Numbered from the stretch's first letter, positions 1 through 9,842 are shown. The stretch: 64,000 bases of DNA from an uncultured Pseudomonadota bacterium (GCA_963836235.1 CAWIIP010000002.1:1184001-1248000), one strand, 5' to 3'. Numbers and translations are program-made. Notes: a model not told the origin generated them from the sequence alone.

Positions 1-81
1 TTACTGATTTTGTCCAAGAAGTAGCCCTGCCCGTTGGGCCGGGTACTAGGAGGACTATTGCATCCTTGGGGGAGGAATCGA

Positions 82-945
82 ATGACTAAAACCATCTCCT
101 CCATTTCGGCCCTAGAACCCAAGGATGTTGAGACCTTGGTCTATATCCATTCCAACAAGTTCATCACGACCAAGCTCTTTCATCGGAAATTTCATCCCCA
201 ACATTCCTATTGGACGGCTTGTCTGCACCTAAAACGCCTCATGGAGAAGGGCCTGCTTCTGAAGACTCGGAACCTTCCCAATGAGGACACTTTCTACTGC
301 CTCACCCGTCCGGCGATGCGCCTTTTATCCGAGCTGGCCCGAATCCTTATTTCCCCGGAAGTGCGTTCCCCCCATATCAACCCCTTTGAGCGGGAGCATG
401 ACAAACGGGTCCTCACCATGCGTATCCAGATTGAAGAGGCGGGCGGTTTGGAAGGGTTGACCTGGCTTTCAGACTACGAGATGCGGTGCGGGTTGAGGCT
501 CGATTGGAAAAAGGCCCTGGCCGAGGGCCGGGGTTGGGCCCTCGCCGGGCAGAGACTCCACCGGGTTCACCACCGCACCCCGGACGGATACTTTGAGGGC
601 TCCCTCGCGGGCAAAGGTTTTGCCTTTGCCTTGGAGTATGAGCATACGTCCTACAACCGGGAGAAGATGACCGCCATGGTCTTGAACCTGACCCGTGACT
701 TCCCAGGAGCCTTCCGGCTAGTGGTCAGCCGGGACAAGGCCCATGCGTTGAGGATGATTGAGGGCCTGGAAACCTTCCTCAAGGGTGATCCCCGGAACCG
801 GGACCTCTGGGGCTTTTCCTTCTTTGAGAAAGTAGTCCGGCTTCCCTTCATCCGGGTGCCCTGGATCAACATGATGGGCGAATACCTACCTTTCGTGAAA
901 GACCCGATCCTGAAGGCGACCTCAACGGCGGAGGTAACGGCATGA
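82..945 (+). CDS. Replication-relaxation (Replic_Relax) family protein
   Basis: N-terminal wHTH-like segment, EHD motif, PDG...ALEYE nuclease-like motif; GGAGG before ATG at 82. Confidence 0.7.
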   Translation: MTKTISSISALEPKDVETLVYIHSNKFITTKLFHRKFHPQHSYWTACLHLKRLMEKGLLLKTRNLPNEDTFYCLTRPAMRLLSELARILISPEVRSPHINPFEREHDKRVLTMRIQIEEAGGLEGLTWLSDYEMRCGLRLDWKKALAEGRGWALAGQRLHRVHHRTPDGYFEGSLAGKGFAFALEYEHTSYNREKMTAMVLNLTRDFPGAFRLVVSRDKAHALRMIEGLETFLKGDPRNRDLWGFSFFEKVVRLPFIRVPWINMMGEYLPFVKDPILKATSTAEVTA

Positions 946-1361
946 ACCTGAACCCAGGAAACTACCAACAGAGGTTGAAACAGAGTCAAACCCAAATCCA
1001 CATAAACGCCCGCGAAAAGGGGGGATTCGGCTCTCTTGCGACGCCAGCCCCCACTCCCCCTGCATCAAGTACAGAGTGCAGGAATACGGGAGTGGGGGCT
1101 GGCCTCTCATCCATCCGAATCCCTATAAGCGCGGGCGTGAAGAATGAAGATAAGAATCAACAGATACAGATAAAGAATACGGATACAGCGAAAGTCAAAA
1201 GCAAAGTCAACGGCAACGGCAAAACAAACACCGTGGAAAACCCCCCGGACCTATTGGCAATGAAACAGGTTTTGGGAGCGGGGTTTTCCACACCTTTCCC
1301 CGAAGGTGCCCCTTTGGGGGATCTTTATTTATTAACTTTGAAAAACGGAGGTAAAGCATGA
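942..1361 (+). CDS. Doubtful hypothetical ORF; the region contains the inverted repeat GTGGAAAACCCC/GGGGTTTTCCAC (~1233-1291)
   Basis: ATGA overlaps with both neighbours, but the translation is low-complexity. Confidence 0.3.
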   Translation: MNLNPGNYQQRLKQSQTQIHINAREKGGFGSLATPAPTPPASSTECRNTGVGAGLSSIRIPISAGVKNEDKNQQIQIKNTDTAKVKSKVNGNGKTNTVENPPDLLAMKQVLGAGFSTPFPEGAPLGDLYLLTLKNGGKA

Positions 1362-1615
1362 CGGAACGCAGAAGAACAGGCGAACGGCGGAATCATTTAA
1401 TGACCGATCAAGAAATGGCCGAGCTGGTTTCTGTTTCCGTTAATACGGTCCGCTATTGGCGGCAAACCGGCATCCTTCCCTTCGTCCGGGTGGGCAAATA
1501 CCCCAGGATTTGGTACTCGGAATTTGAGAGGCTTTTCAAAAAACCCCTGTCCCATTGGGTATTGACGGCTGATACAATATCCAGTGCTGAGGGCAACATT
1601 AGGAGGCAGTTATGA
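1358..1615 (+). CDS. Excisionase-like MerR/HTH_17 DNA-binding protein
   Basis: MTDQEMAELVSVSVNTVRYWRQTGILPFVRVG; overlaps the integrase start. Confidence 0.8.
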   Translation: MTERRRTGERRNHLMTDQEMAELVSVSVNTVRYWRQTGILPFVRVGKYPRIWYSEFERLFKKPLSHWVLTADTISSAEGNIRRQL

Positions 1616-2715
1616 GCAAGCCTAATGTTCATGGGTTACCCCAACATCTCCGCAAGGACGGTAAGGGGTATTTCCTGGATTATTTCACTACGGAAGGAGG
1701 ATTGAGGAAGCGCAAAAGGGTCAGGTTGGGACAGATTCCGGCGTCCCAGGCCAAGCGAATTTTGGCCGAGCATACCAAGGAAATCGTGGCGGGGGAGTTC
1801 CTGCCCAGCGATAAGCCCAAGGTATCTTTCGATGAGGCGGCGGATGCGTTCCTGGCCTTTTCGGAATCCCGGAAGAAGAGTTACCGGCGGGATTTTTTCT
1901 CCGTAAAAGCCTTGAAGGCTTTTTTCGGCGGAAGGCCGCTGGACAGCCTGACCCCGAGTTTGGTCGAGGACTTCTTGAAGGAGCGCCGGAAGAAAGCCGA
2001 GGAAAAAGGGAAGACCCTGAAAGGGTCCTCCCTGAACCGGGAGATCGCCTGCCTGAAGACCATCGCCCGAAGGGCGGTGCTGGACAGGAAGATCGAACGG
2101 AATCCGGTCGAGGGTGTCAGGATGTTCCGGGAAACTTCCCGGAACCGGACACTCTCCCCGGAGGAATACCGGAGGCTTTTGGAAAACTGCTCCCCCCATT
2201 ACCGTCCCGTCGTGCAGTTGGCTTATGTCACCGGCATGAGGCGGGGTGAGATTACGGGGTTGAGATGGGACCAGGTGGACTTGAAGGAAGGCGTCATCAC
2301 CTTGAAGTCCGAGGATACCAAGACCCAGGAAGCACGGGAAATTCCGTTGGATGAGGGTTTAATGGACCTTTTCAAGCGGACACCCAAAGTCTTGGGCAGT
2401 CCCCATGTTTTCAACTTCCGGGGCCACGGCTTGAAAGACCCAAAAACGGCTTTCCTGAGGGCGTGCCAGCGTGCTAATATCACGGACTTTCATTTCCATG
2501 ATTTACGGCACTGCGCGGTCACAAACTTTCGCAAAGCCGGGGTGAGTGATTCCACGATCATGTCGATCTCAGGACACAAAACGTATGCGGTGTTTAGAAG
2601 GTATGACCGCATCGACCGGGGCGACCGAAAGGAAGCCTTGAGGCGTGTCCGGGCATTGAATGACACGGCAATGACACCGGCGGGTTTTTCGGACGCCCAA
2701 GGGTTTGGCAGTTGA
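1612..2715 (+). CDS. Phage-type tyrosine integrase
   Basis: TGMRRGE, FHDLRH, ISGHKT, RRY catalytic motifs; N-terminal arm-binding-like and SAM-like regions. Confidence 0.93.
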   Translation: MSKPNVHGLPQHLRKDGKGYFLDYFTTEGGLRKRKRVRLGQIPASQAKRILAEHTKEIVAGEFLPSDKPKVSFDEAADAFLAFSESRKKSYRRDFFSVKALKAFFGGRPLDSLTPSLVEDFLKERRKKAEEKGKTLKGSSLNREIACLKTIARRAVLDRKIERNPVEGVRMFRETSRNRTLSPEEYRRLLENCSPHYRPVVQLAYVTGMRRGEITGLRWDQVDLKEGVITLKSEDTKTQEAREIPLDEGLMDLFKRTPKVLGSPHVFNFRGHGLKDPKTAFLRACQRANITDFHFHDLRHCAVTNFRKAGVSDSTIMSISGHKTYAVFRRYDRIDRGDRKEALRRVRALNDTAMTPAGFSDAQGFGS

Positions 2716-2751
2716 GCTGAAAATGTTGTGCCGTAAGTGTTTCACGGAGAT

Positions 2752-2838
2752 GGAGGGTTAGTCCTAATTGGTAAGGCAGTGGACTTGAAATCCACCGGGG
2801 GAAACCCCTTGCAGGTTCGAGTCCTGCACCCTCCGCCA
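2752..2838 (+). tRNA. tRNA-Ser(TGA)
   Basis: GGAGGGT/ACCCTCC acceptor stem, GTGGA-CTTGAAA-TCCAC anticodon arm, long variable arm, GGTTCGAGTCC, GCCA end. Confidence 0.92.
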
Positions 2839-2938
2839 ATTTTTTAAAAAGGACGAGAACCGGGGTGATAGGGGCGTAGCCCCTATGTTGTTGAGGTGGG
2901 GTACACAGGGGGGAGTTCCCCTGTGAGCGCGTAAGCGC

Positions 2939-2964
2939 GGTTCGATGTTCTGCACCCTCCGCCA
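2939..2964 (+). repeat. Imperfect duplicate of the tRNA-Ser(TGA) 3' end
   Basis: GGTTCGATGTTCTGCACCCTCCGCCA versus GGTTCGAGTCCTGCACCCTCCGCCA. Confidence 0.85.
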
Positions 2965-3075
2965 ATTATTGAAATAAATAAAATTTTAAGTTCTAAATGT
3001 TTTCGTTCGATAGAACGAAGCGTGAGAGCGGCGCTCAACTCAAAATTTAGAATTTTCAAATCACGACGAATACGT

Positions 3076-3169
<94 letters not shown>

Positions 3170-3286
3170 TTTTGCGGAGCAAAATTCAAAAAAGATTTGA
3201 ACCCGTGAAGGGTTCGGGGAAACAATTGTTTCCCCGGTTGTTTAATGGGATACACAAGGGGTTTTACCCTTGTGAGCGCGAAGCGC

Positions 3287-3312
3287 GGGTTCCAATCCCT
3301 CCCTCTCCGCCA
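3287..3312 (+). repeat. Duplicate of the tRNA-Ser(GCT) 3' end
   Basis: GGGTTCCAATCCCTCCCTCTCCGCCA, one mismatch to the tRNA. Confidence 0.88.
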
Positions 3313-3473
3313 TGTATTTAGTGGTGATTGCGAAATAAACCTCTACCACTTGTGACTATTCCACAAATTACCTTTACCCCCTTTTAGGGCTATTTCCCCT
3401 CTTTTCCTTTCAAGACCGGCAAGGCTCAGGTAAAATAAGCAAAGAGAAAGTAACCTAAACCCTGGAGACACCT

Positions 3474-4016
3474 TTGAACACCTACATTCGAAACACCATG
3501 TTCTTGATTCTCTTGACCGTGGCTGTCATTTCTCTTCCGGCCTGCGGAAGCAAAAACGACATCAAAAGCGAAAAGGCTCCGGAATCAGTTTTAAATCCTG
3601 AACAAGCTCCTGTGACAGCTTCGGCTTCAAGCGAAAGTTCCGCGAGTTCCCATGTGAAAAAAGCTCACCATACAAAGATGGCCCAGTCCACCACCACTAC
3701 GGCGGCCCCTGTCAGCGCAACTGCTCCCACTCCGGCTCCCGCCCAACCAGCCCCTCAAGTTTCCATGGATACAACGACTCCGATTCAAAAGAGCGGACAT
3801 TTCCATTGGTTCTTGTGGCTGTTGGTCCTTCTGGTTCTTGGGGCTATTGGCTGGTACTTCTGGTCTAAAAACCAAGAAGAAACCCATACTCCACCGACAC
3901 AACCCATGGCACCCACGGGCGGCCTTTCGCCGGTCAGCGGTTTTACGGCGATGAAAGATGGAATCGAAGACGAGATTGAGGCCAAGCCCTCCTTCTGGTC
4001 GAAAAAAATATTCTGA
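3474..4016 (+). CDS. Hypothetical lipoprotein with a low-complexity linker and a TM helix
   Basis: Lipobox-like LPAC, Ser/Thr/Pro linker, hydrophobic WFLWLLVLLVLGAIGWYFW. Confidence 0.65.
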   Translation: MNTYIRNTMFLILLTVAVISLPACGSKNDIKSEKAPESVLNPEQAPVTASASSESSASSHVKKAHHTKMAQSTTTTAAPVSATAPTPAPAQPAPQVSMDTTTPIQKSGHFHWFLWLLVLLVLGAIGWYFWSKNQEETHTPPTQPMAPTGGLSPVSGFTAMKDGIEDEIEAKPSFWSKKIF

Positions 4017-4039
4017 CCTGCCTGGCGTCCTAATCTTTT

Positions 4040-4675
4040 ATGCCTTCCTTCGCTGATCCAGATAGATATGTCGAAGTCCTTCAACCCGACCGCTGCCCTC
4101 TTTGCTTTATCGTGCGCTCCTACGTTTACGAACATCTGAAATCCCTTTTGGATGAATGCGTCACCGATCCTTCCACCCGCGACCGGCTTTTTGAATCGAA
4201 AGGCTTCTGCCGCCGCCATGCCTGGCAGGGCGTCCAACAGCGGCAAGCCCTGGGGATGGGCGTCATCTATGGCAGCCTTTTGGAAAAAGGCTTAAAAGAA
4301 CTTTCCGCTCAGCCGCGTTTTTGGGAATCAAAAAAATCCAAGCCCTGTCCCATCTGCGAGTCCGAAACCAACCGGGAAAAATCCTGCGTCCAGGAATTCG
4401 CCCTTTGCTGGTCGGATTCGGAAAAATTGAGGGCCGCCTTTCAGGAACGCGGTATTCTCTGCCTTCCCCATTTAGAAAAGACCCTTACCCAAAAAATGGA
4501 TTCCACCCAAAGGAAAAACCTCCACGAAATAGGCAAAAAAGCCCTGGAAAGCCTGTCGCAAGATTTAAATGAATTCTTGAATAAACAAGACTATCATCGT
4601 TCCCAAGAGTCCTTGGGGCCGGAATGGGACGCTTGGGTTCGCGCGGTGCGAATGATCAGCGGGGAACGGGATTAA
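4040..4675 (+). CDS. DUF6062-like protein
   Basis: CPLC...GFCRRHAW...CPIC...LCLPH pattern. Confidence 0.7.
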   Translation: MPSFADPDRYVEVLQPDRCPLCFIVRSYVYEHLKSLLDECVTDPSTRDRLFESKGFCRRHAWQGVQQRQALGMGVIYGSLLEKGLKELSAQPRFWESKKSKPCPICESETNREKSCVQEFALCWSDSEKLRAAFQERGILCLPHLEKTLTQKMDSTQRKNLHEIGKKALESLSQDLNEFLNKQDYHRSQESLGPEWDAWVRAVRMISGERD

Positions 4676-4678
4676 CAG

Positions 4679-5113
4679 ATGGCAGATCCAATGTATAAAG
4701 ACAACCGGGAGTGGGGAACCACCGATTATTACTTCATTGACCTGATTGTCACTTTGGCTTCTTCGGCCAAGATTGATTTGGGCGAATTGGTGCATCCCTA
4801 TTACAAAGACAAGGATCTCAACCTTCCCCGGGCCCGCATGACGATCAACATGATCGGCTCCCTCATCAAAAAGACCGCGGGAAACCTGAACATCGAGGAA
4901 AAAAAGGTCTTGCGCGAAGTCTTGGACGACCTTCAAAAGACTTACGTGGATAAAACCAAGGAAAAGTTAAGAACGGCTCCCGCCGGACCCGCCATGCCTC
5001 CCCGTCCCTTAATTCCCACTCCTCCCCAACCCAAGAAGGACGTGAAAGAGTGGATTTCCCTGGTACAACAGGAAATCGCCAAGAAAAAACAGACCCCGCC
5101 ACCAAAAGCTTAG
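4679..5113 (+). CDS. DUF1844-like protein
   Basis: LG...P...NLPRARMTINMI...KKTAGNL..EE..L...L.DLQ..YV. Confidence 0.75.
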   Translation: MADPMYKDNREWGTTDYYFIDLIVTLASSAKIDLGELVHPYYKDKDLNLPRARMTINMIGSLIKKTAGNLNIEEKKVLREVLDDLQKTYVDKTKEKLRTAPAGPAMPPRPLIPTPPQPKKDVKEWISLVQQEIAKKKQTPPPKA

Positions 5114-5193
5114 CCGCGAATTTTCGCGGCCAAGAAAAAGACCTACATCTTCTTAATTTTTTAACTGCGATCATTTGCGCCAATTCGCGGCTA
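5111..5193. repeat. REP-like intergenic inverted repeat (GCCGCGAATT...AATTCGCGGC); related element at ~29589-29728
   Basis: Terminal inverted repeats between convergent genes. Confidence 0.55.
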
Positions 5194-6318
5194 AACGGTT
5201 TTAAGCTTTCGCCCTTTCCAATGGCCTCCGCCGAACCAAAACCACCTGATGGAATTCAATCCGATCAAGGCGAATAAGAAGCACCCTAAAGGATGAAAAA
5301 AAACCGAACCTTTATGGTAGTTGTACCTGACGGCCTGAAGCCATCGAACGCCTAAAGACATCAAGGCCATGGCCAACCCCGGCCAAAACAGGGGAAAGCT
5401 TGGCCCCATCGCGACCGCCAGGAACGGCAATACCCCATCCAAGATCAAAACAATGAAAGCGTTCGAAAAATAGAGGAGTGAAAAAGCCATCGCGGGGAAA
5501 AAGTTCTTGGAAAACCCCTCCCACACTTCCCGGGCATTGGTGTACATGCGGCAATAGGAAAAATCCGACCCATCGCCATAAACCAGCCGGTAGCCGCGCC
5601 GGACCACCTGCTTGCCGAAATTCAAATCCTCGACGATCTCGTTCTTGACCGCCTCATGGCCGCCAAAGGCCTTGTAAACCTTTTGCCGGACAAAAATAAA
5701 CTGGCCGCTGGCCCCCGCGAAACGGTTGAAGCGGCTGTTCTTGCTCAAGGACAAGCGGGCCGGGAGGAATGCAAGCAGGGTATAAGCCATGACCGGAACC
5801 ACCAGGATCTCCATCCAGGTTTGGGTGATCTGGCGGGTAAAAAGCGTGAGCACGTCGGCTTGCTTTTCTTCCGCCATCCGGACGGTACGCTTCAACATAT
5901 CGGGTAGATGCCAGGTATCGGCATCCGTGAAAAACAGCCACTCACCCTTGGCTTTGCGGGAAAGCTGGGCGCAGGCCCAGGGCTTCCCTAGCCATCCGGC
6001 GGGCAGTTCTTTGCCCCGCAAAATCTTTAGCCGCGCATTGCGCTTGGCATAAGCCTGCACTACATTGAACGTGCGGTCCGTGGAACGGTCATCGAGCACT
6101 AGGATTTCGTAGGAAGGATAATCCTGCTGGAGCATTCCTTGGATACAGGGCTCTATTCGGCTTTCCTCGTTGCGGGCGGGAATGAGAATGGAAACGAAGG
6201 GCCACTTTTTCCTGTCCGGATCGGACGGCGGCGGTTTGACGAAAAGACGGGTATTGTCCCAGGCGCAATAAAGCATATAAGCCGCGAGTAACCACCAATA
6301 GCAGGCGAGAAAGGCCAC
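5191..6318 (-). CDS. Family 2 glycosyltransferase (carotenoid/hopanoid glycosyltransferase-like)
   Basis: SILIPARNEE, LDDRSTD, GWLGKPWAC, FTDAD, IVED, WEGFSKN; C-terminal TM helices. Confidence 0.88.
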   Translation of the reverse strand: MAFLACYWWLLAAYMLYCAWDNTRLFVKPPPSDPDRKKWPFVSILIPARNEESRIEPCIQGMLQQDYPSYEILVLDDRSTDRTFNVVQAYAKRNARLKILRGKELPAGWLGKPWACAQLSRKAKGEWLFFTDADTWHLPDMLKRTVRMAEEKQADVLTLFTRQITQTWMEILVVPVMAYTLLAFLPARLSLSKNSRFNRFAGASGQFIFVRQKVYKAFGGHEAVKNEIVEDLNFGKQVVRRGYRLVYGDGSDFSYCRMYTNAREVWEGFSKNFFPAMAFSLLYFSNAFIVLILDGVLPFLAVAMGPSFPLFWPGLAMALMSLGVRWLQAVRYNYHKGSVFFHPLGCFLFALIGLNSIRWFWFGGGHWKGRKLKTV

Positions 6319-7467
6319 ATGAACCTCTTAACCGGAGTGAACCAGGATTTCCACCGCCCCCAAAAGGCGCCGGGGGCTTACGAATGGTGGCACTTCGACG
6401 CTACGGACGAAAAGTCCGGCTATTCCTTCTCCATCCAATTCTTCGCCGGAAACCTTTTTTCCGCCTATTATCAAGATAGCCTGAAAACCTACTGGGAAAA
6501 AACAAAATCGCCCCTTGTTGGGTCCACCCCGGCTCCAGCTTCAGATGCCCCTAATCCTCTCGATTATTGCGGAGTCACCTTTCGTATTTTCCATAAAGGG
6601 GGCTTGGTCGGCGAGAGCCTCCAGGAATTCGAGGGAACTTTCTTAAAGGCTTCGGATAAACAAGGCGCGGTTTTATTGGGGCCCAACCGTTTCAACTGGG
6701 ACGAAAGGGGCGATCCGCCTTCCTATACGGTAACGGTTCAGGCGCCGGTCAAGGGCGGTAAAAAACTCTTAAGGGCCAGGCTTTTTTTCACGCCGCTTTT
6801 GAAGGAATTTCCCTCTCTTCCCCCGAACGAAATCCATTCCACCCACACCTGGGTTCTAGCCGCGCCGCTTTGCCACGTGGAAGGAACCCTGCAGTGGGTG
6901 GATTCACAAGGAGAGTCCGAAAAAGAACAGCCTTTCGTGGGCAAGGGATATCACGACCACCATTTTGGTTCCGTTCCCCTGGACCGCTTCGTCAAGGCCT
7001 GGCATTGGGGCCGGGCTTTTCTAGGTGACGAAACACTGGTTTATTCGTTACAGATTCCAACCGAAGCGGGAGAACCACCCGAAGGATTTCTCCTTACCGC
7101 CGGCCCCTCCGGCGTCCAGTCTTGGCAAGTGGCTTTTGAGCTTTCAAAGAACCGGAGGAATTTTTTCTGGCTTCCCTATCAAAAAAATCTGGGATTCACG
7201 GATGTCCAGTCTTTAAGCGTCAACCACCGCCAAATCCTCAGTGATGGTCCGGTTTCATTGATTTTCGAGGACCAGGTTCAATGGACCGCCGACGGGAAAG
7301 CCCTCAAGGGAACAGGCATGTCGAACTATCTATACACTCCCCGTCTTTCCAACCGCTTCTTTTTCCCCATGTTGAAGGGCAAAACGATCATCGTGACGAA
7401 GGCCGTGGAAAACTCGGAGCCTCCCCCGCCTTCCGGCGACGTGACCATCAACCGTCCAACGGTATAA
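6319..7467 (+). CDS. Carotenoid 1,2-hydratase (CrtC)/tocopherol-cyclase-like protein
   Basis: GAYEWWHFDA, GKGYHDHHFG, WHWGRA motifs. Confidence 0.7.
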   Translation: MNLLTGVNQDFHRPQKAPGAYEWWHFDATDEKSGYSFSIQFFAGNLFSAYYQDSLKTYWEKTKSPLVGSTPAPASDAPNPLDYCGVTFRIFHKGGLVGESLQEFEGTFLKASDKQGAVLLGPNRFNWDERGDPPSYTVTVQAPVKGGKKLLRARLFFTPLLKEFPSLPPNEIHSTHTWVLAAPLCHVEGTLQWVDSQGESEKEQPFVGKGYHDHHFGSVPLDRFVKAWHWGRAFLGDETLVYSLQIPTEAGEPPEGFLLTAGPSGVQSWQVAFELSKNRRNFFWLPYQKNLGFTDVQSLSVNHRQILSDGPVSLIFEDQVQWTADGKALKGTGMSNYLYTPRLSNRFFFPMLKGKTIIVTKAVENSEPPPPSGDVTINRPTV

Positions 7468-7479
7468 CTCAATAATGAT

Positions 7480-7752
7480 CTAAAGATTGCGAAGAATTCT
7501 TTCCAGTTCTTTTCGGTCCAAGACACGCAAAACAACCACTCCCTTTTCAGTGGGTTCGAAGAGGGACCGGTAATTCCCGGTTCTTAAGCGGTAAAGATTC
7601 TTATAACCTTCCAGTTTTTTTAACTTGGGTGGGCCGGGCCAAGGGCGGGTTTGCGGGATTTTCAGGTCGTCCAAAATTTCCCCGGCGGCGGCTTTTTCAA
7701 GGGCTTTCAAATCCCTCAAAGCACGGGGTGAAAGCTCAACCAGGAGGGGCAA
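7480..7752 (-). CDS. RelE-family toxin
   Basis: SPRALRDLKAL...KKLEGYKNLYRLRTGNYR; TTG start directly after the antitoxin stop. Confidence 0.85.
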   Translation of the reverse strand: MPLLVELSPRALRDLKALEKAAAGEILDDLKIPQTRPWPGPPKLKKLEGYKNLYRLRTGNYRSLFEPTEKGVVVLRVLDRKELERILRNL

Positions 7753-7753
7753 A

Positions 7754-8008
7754 TCAGAGTCCCAGCCGCTTGCGGGCGTCCGAAAGGGAAACCCCGCCTT
7801 TCTTGCCATATTCCTTCCTCGACTCCTCGATTTGGGCCATGAACTCTGGCTGCTTATAAACCAAATCCTCTATTTCGTCCTCGGTCAGGTGCAGCAGGAC
7901 GGCCTGGGGCTTTCCATGGTTCGTAATGACGTATTTTTCCCCTTTTTCCACGTCCTTCATCACCGAAGGGGTTTTCAAGCGCAAGTCGCGCATATTCACG
8001 AATTTCAA
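7754..8008 (-). CDS. Phd/YefM antitoxin
   Basis: VNMRDLR...VITNHGKPQAVL. Confidence 0.88.
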   Translation of the reverse strand: MKFVNMRDLRLKTPSVMKDVEKGEKYVITNHGKPQAVLLHLTEDEIEDLVYKQPEFMAQIEESRKEYGKKGGVSLSDARKRLGL

Positions 8009-8019
8009 GGGGGACTCCT

Positions 8020-8041
8020 ATGTTACTTATTTGAGTAACAT
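8020..8041. promoter_or_regulatory. Putative TA autorepression operator
   Basis: ATGTTACT-N6-AGTAACAT palindrome just upstream of the antitoxin. Confidence 0.5.
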
Positions 8042-8092
8042 TATTTTAAGCCCCGGCCAGACGGAAAGCAAGCGTTCGGACAGCGGATTTTT

Positions 8093-8120
8093 TGTCCAAC
8101 CCGGGTCCCCGTCGTGGACA
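8093..8120. repeat. 28-bp cassette site (distal)
   Basis: TGTCCAACCCGGG-TC-CCCGTCGTGGACA. Confidence 0.9.
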
Positions 8121-8123
8121 ACT

Positions 8124-9107
8124 TCACCCGCCGCCTTTTCGATCATACCCACATTTCCCACAAAATTTTTGGTTGTGTTGAATGGGATGCCCGCACGTGA
8201 GACACCGCATGGTTTTTAACCAATAAAAGACTAAGTAATAGAAAAGGGCAAAAAACAAAACCCCGGTCAAAATTCCAAACAATGGGTTTATGAAAAGCAT
8301 CATAAAAAGATTGAAAAAGATAACCGAAATATAAGAGGTCGTATTTAATGAATAAAAACCACCATGGAATTGTTTGATGAAGGCGGGAAGATCCATATAA
8401 CTATTCGGGGGAACAAGAGGCTGAACAGGGTATCTAATTGTGGGAAAGGACTTGTCCTCAAATTTGAGTACCTCCGGGGTGGGGGTAGGTAACAATTCCG
8501 ATGTTCCCAATTCATTTGATTCCGACGCCCGCAACAAGAAGCTAATGTTTTTATAACAAAATGGGAGACCGTCAAAAGAATTACTCCGTTCCACAACCTG
8601 ATGAACAAGTTTCATATCCAGTTTTATATTTTTTCCACCCACGGCAAGAGTGAGCGGTTTTTGAATTGGGGTTGGCACGACGGTCGGGCAGAAAAAATAA
8701 TCGTTTTTAAAATCCTTAGGGAATTGTTTCGTATGCGGTTCTGTCTTGGGGAGGATTTCGATATTGATCCCGTCAAAATTCATTCCTAAAGCAGGGCCAG
8801 CAGTGCATATTCTTAACAAGAACAACGAACCATCCTTTTTTTGGAGCCATGCGCCATAGGTGTTCTGGAGCCCGTCCTTCGTTTTGCCCAGTTGAAATTT
8901 CAGATCGCATGGAAGTTTATAGGTCGTTTGCGGGTTGGTGACGCTCTCGAATGTTTGGACAAGCAAAGGCTGGTCCGATCGGCCATGGCCCTGAATCGCG
9001 AAAATGCCACAAAGAATGATGATCAGACTCATTACGAAATAATGACGAGGCAACAGATAACGCAGCTTCATCGATACCCACTTCCTATTCAGAAACGAAA
9101 GTGCCAA
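8124..9107 (-). CDS. Hypothetical membrane protein with C-terminal double CxxC zinc ribbon (cassette)
   Basis: N-terminal TM/signal, C-terminal TMs, CLTCG...FCGKCG. Confidence 0.7.
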   Translation of the reverse strand: MALSFLNRKWVSMKLRYLLPRHYFVMSLIIILCGIFAIQGHGRSDQPLLVQTFESVTNPQTTYKLPCDLKFQLGKTKDGLQNTYGAWLQKKDGSLFLLRICTAGPALGMNFDGINIEILPKTEPHTKQFPKDFKNDYFFCPTVVPTPIQKPLTLAVGGKNIKLDMKLVHQVVERSNSFDGLPFCYKNISFLLRASESNELGTSELLPTPTPEVLKFEDKSFPTIRYPVQPLVPPNSYMDLPAFIKQFHGGFYSLNTTSYISVIFFNLFMMLFINPLFGILTGVLFFALFYYLVFYWLKTMRCLTCGHPIQHNQKFCGKCGYDRKGGG

Positions 9108-9139
9108 CTTTATTATCCTGCTGTTTACCAGATTTTACC

Positions 9140-9167
9140 TGTCCACTCCGGGTCCCCGTCGTGGACA
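9140..9167. repeat. 28-bp cassette site
   Basis: TGTCCACTCCGGG-TC-CCCGTCGTGGACA. Confidence 0.9.
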
Positions 9168-9176
9168 ACCTTGGTG

Positions 9177-9842
9177 TCATAAGCTCCAAAATTCGTAACC
9201 AAGAGAAAATAACCCATCTAGATGTTGGCCAAAACCATTGATGGATCTCCCATCATTACTTTTAAGGGTATTGTTATAAATATAACCCTCCCCTAGTTCG
9301 AGTCTTGCGTCCAAAACAAAATTACCGAGTTCAAATGAAGCGCCAAAGTCGAACCCCCAATCCAATGGGTTGTAGGAAGGAGTGGTTGACGCTGGAAAAC
9401 CGGCGGGGACCGAAGGGCTATAGAGCCCCTGTAAAAGCAAACCGGTATAGGGCCCAAACAAAAGGTTTGCTTTAAAATCCTGGATGGTCAGAACCTTTCC
9501 TTTCAGGAGGAGCGGTATTTCCAAATAGGGGAAAGGGTAACGATAACTTGGATAGTTAGGATTACTGTAGACATCTTCATCCCCTTTTAAGACATATAAA
9601 AGCTCAGGTTGGAATGATAGGAAGTCATAGATTTTTATGTCGGAAAACAACCCCACATTGAACCCATAATAACCCGCACCCCCAAAGTAAAAAGTTCCTG
9701 TTCCTCCTACAGCTGGATAAATTTGGCAATTAGTAACACCCGCCTTAACCCCCAACGTGACTGGATCGGCCCAGGAATACATGGATGAAAAAAATTGGAG
9801 GAAAAGAAAACAACTAGTAATAAATAAGCTTGGCTTCATCAT
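9177..9842 (-). CDS. Outer-membrane beta-barrel, porin-family (cassette)
   Basis: Signal peptide, GVKAG, FQPELLY..KG, YLEIPLLLK, terminal SLGYEF. Confidence 0.8.
   Translation of the reverse strand: MMKPSLFITSCFLFLQFFSSMYSWADPVTLGVKAGVTNCQIYPAVGGTGTFYFGGAGYYGFNVGLFSDIKIYDFLSFQPELLYVLKGDEDVYSNPNYPSYRYPFPYLEIPLLLKGKVLTIQDFKANLLFGPYTGLLLQGLYSPSVPAGFPASTTPSYNPLDWGFDFGASFELGNFVLDARLELGEGYIYNNTLKSNDGRSINGFGQHLDGLFSLGYEFWSL

Noticed and set aside
1612-2715. Integrase as an integron integrase serving the array
   Set aside because: It looks like a phage-type Int with an Xis partner beside a tRNA, shows no evident IntI-specific insertion, and is separated from the array by tRNAs and core-like genes; not formally excluded.
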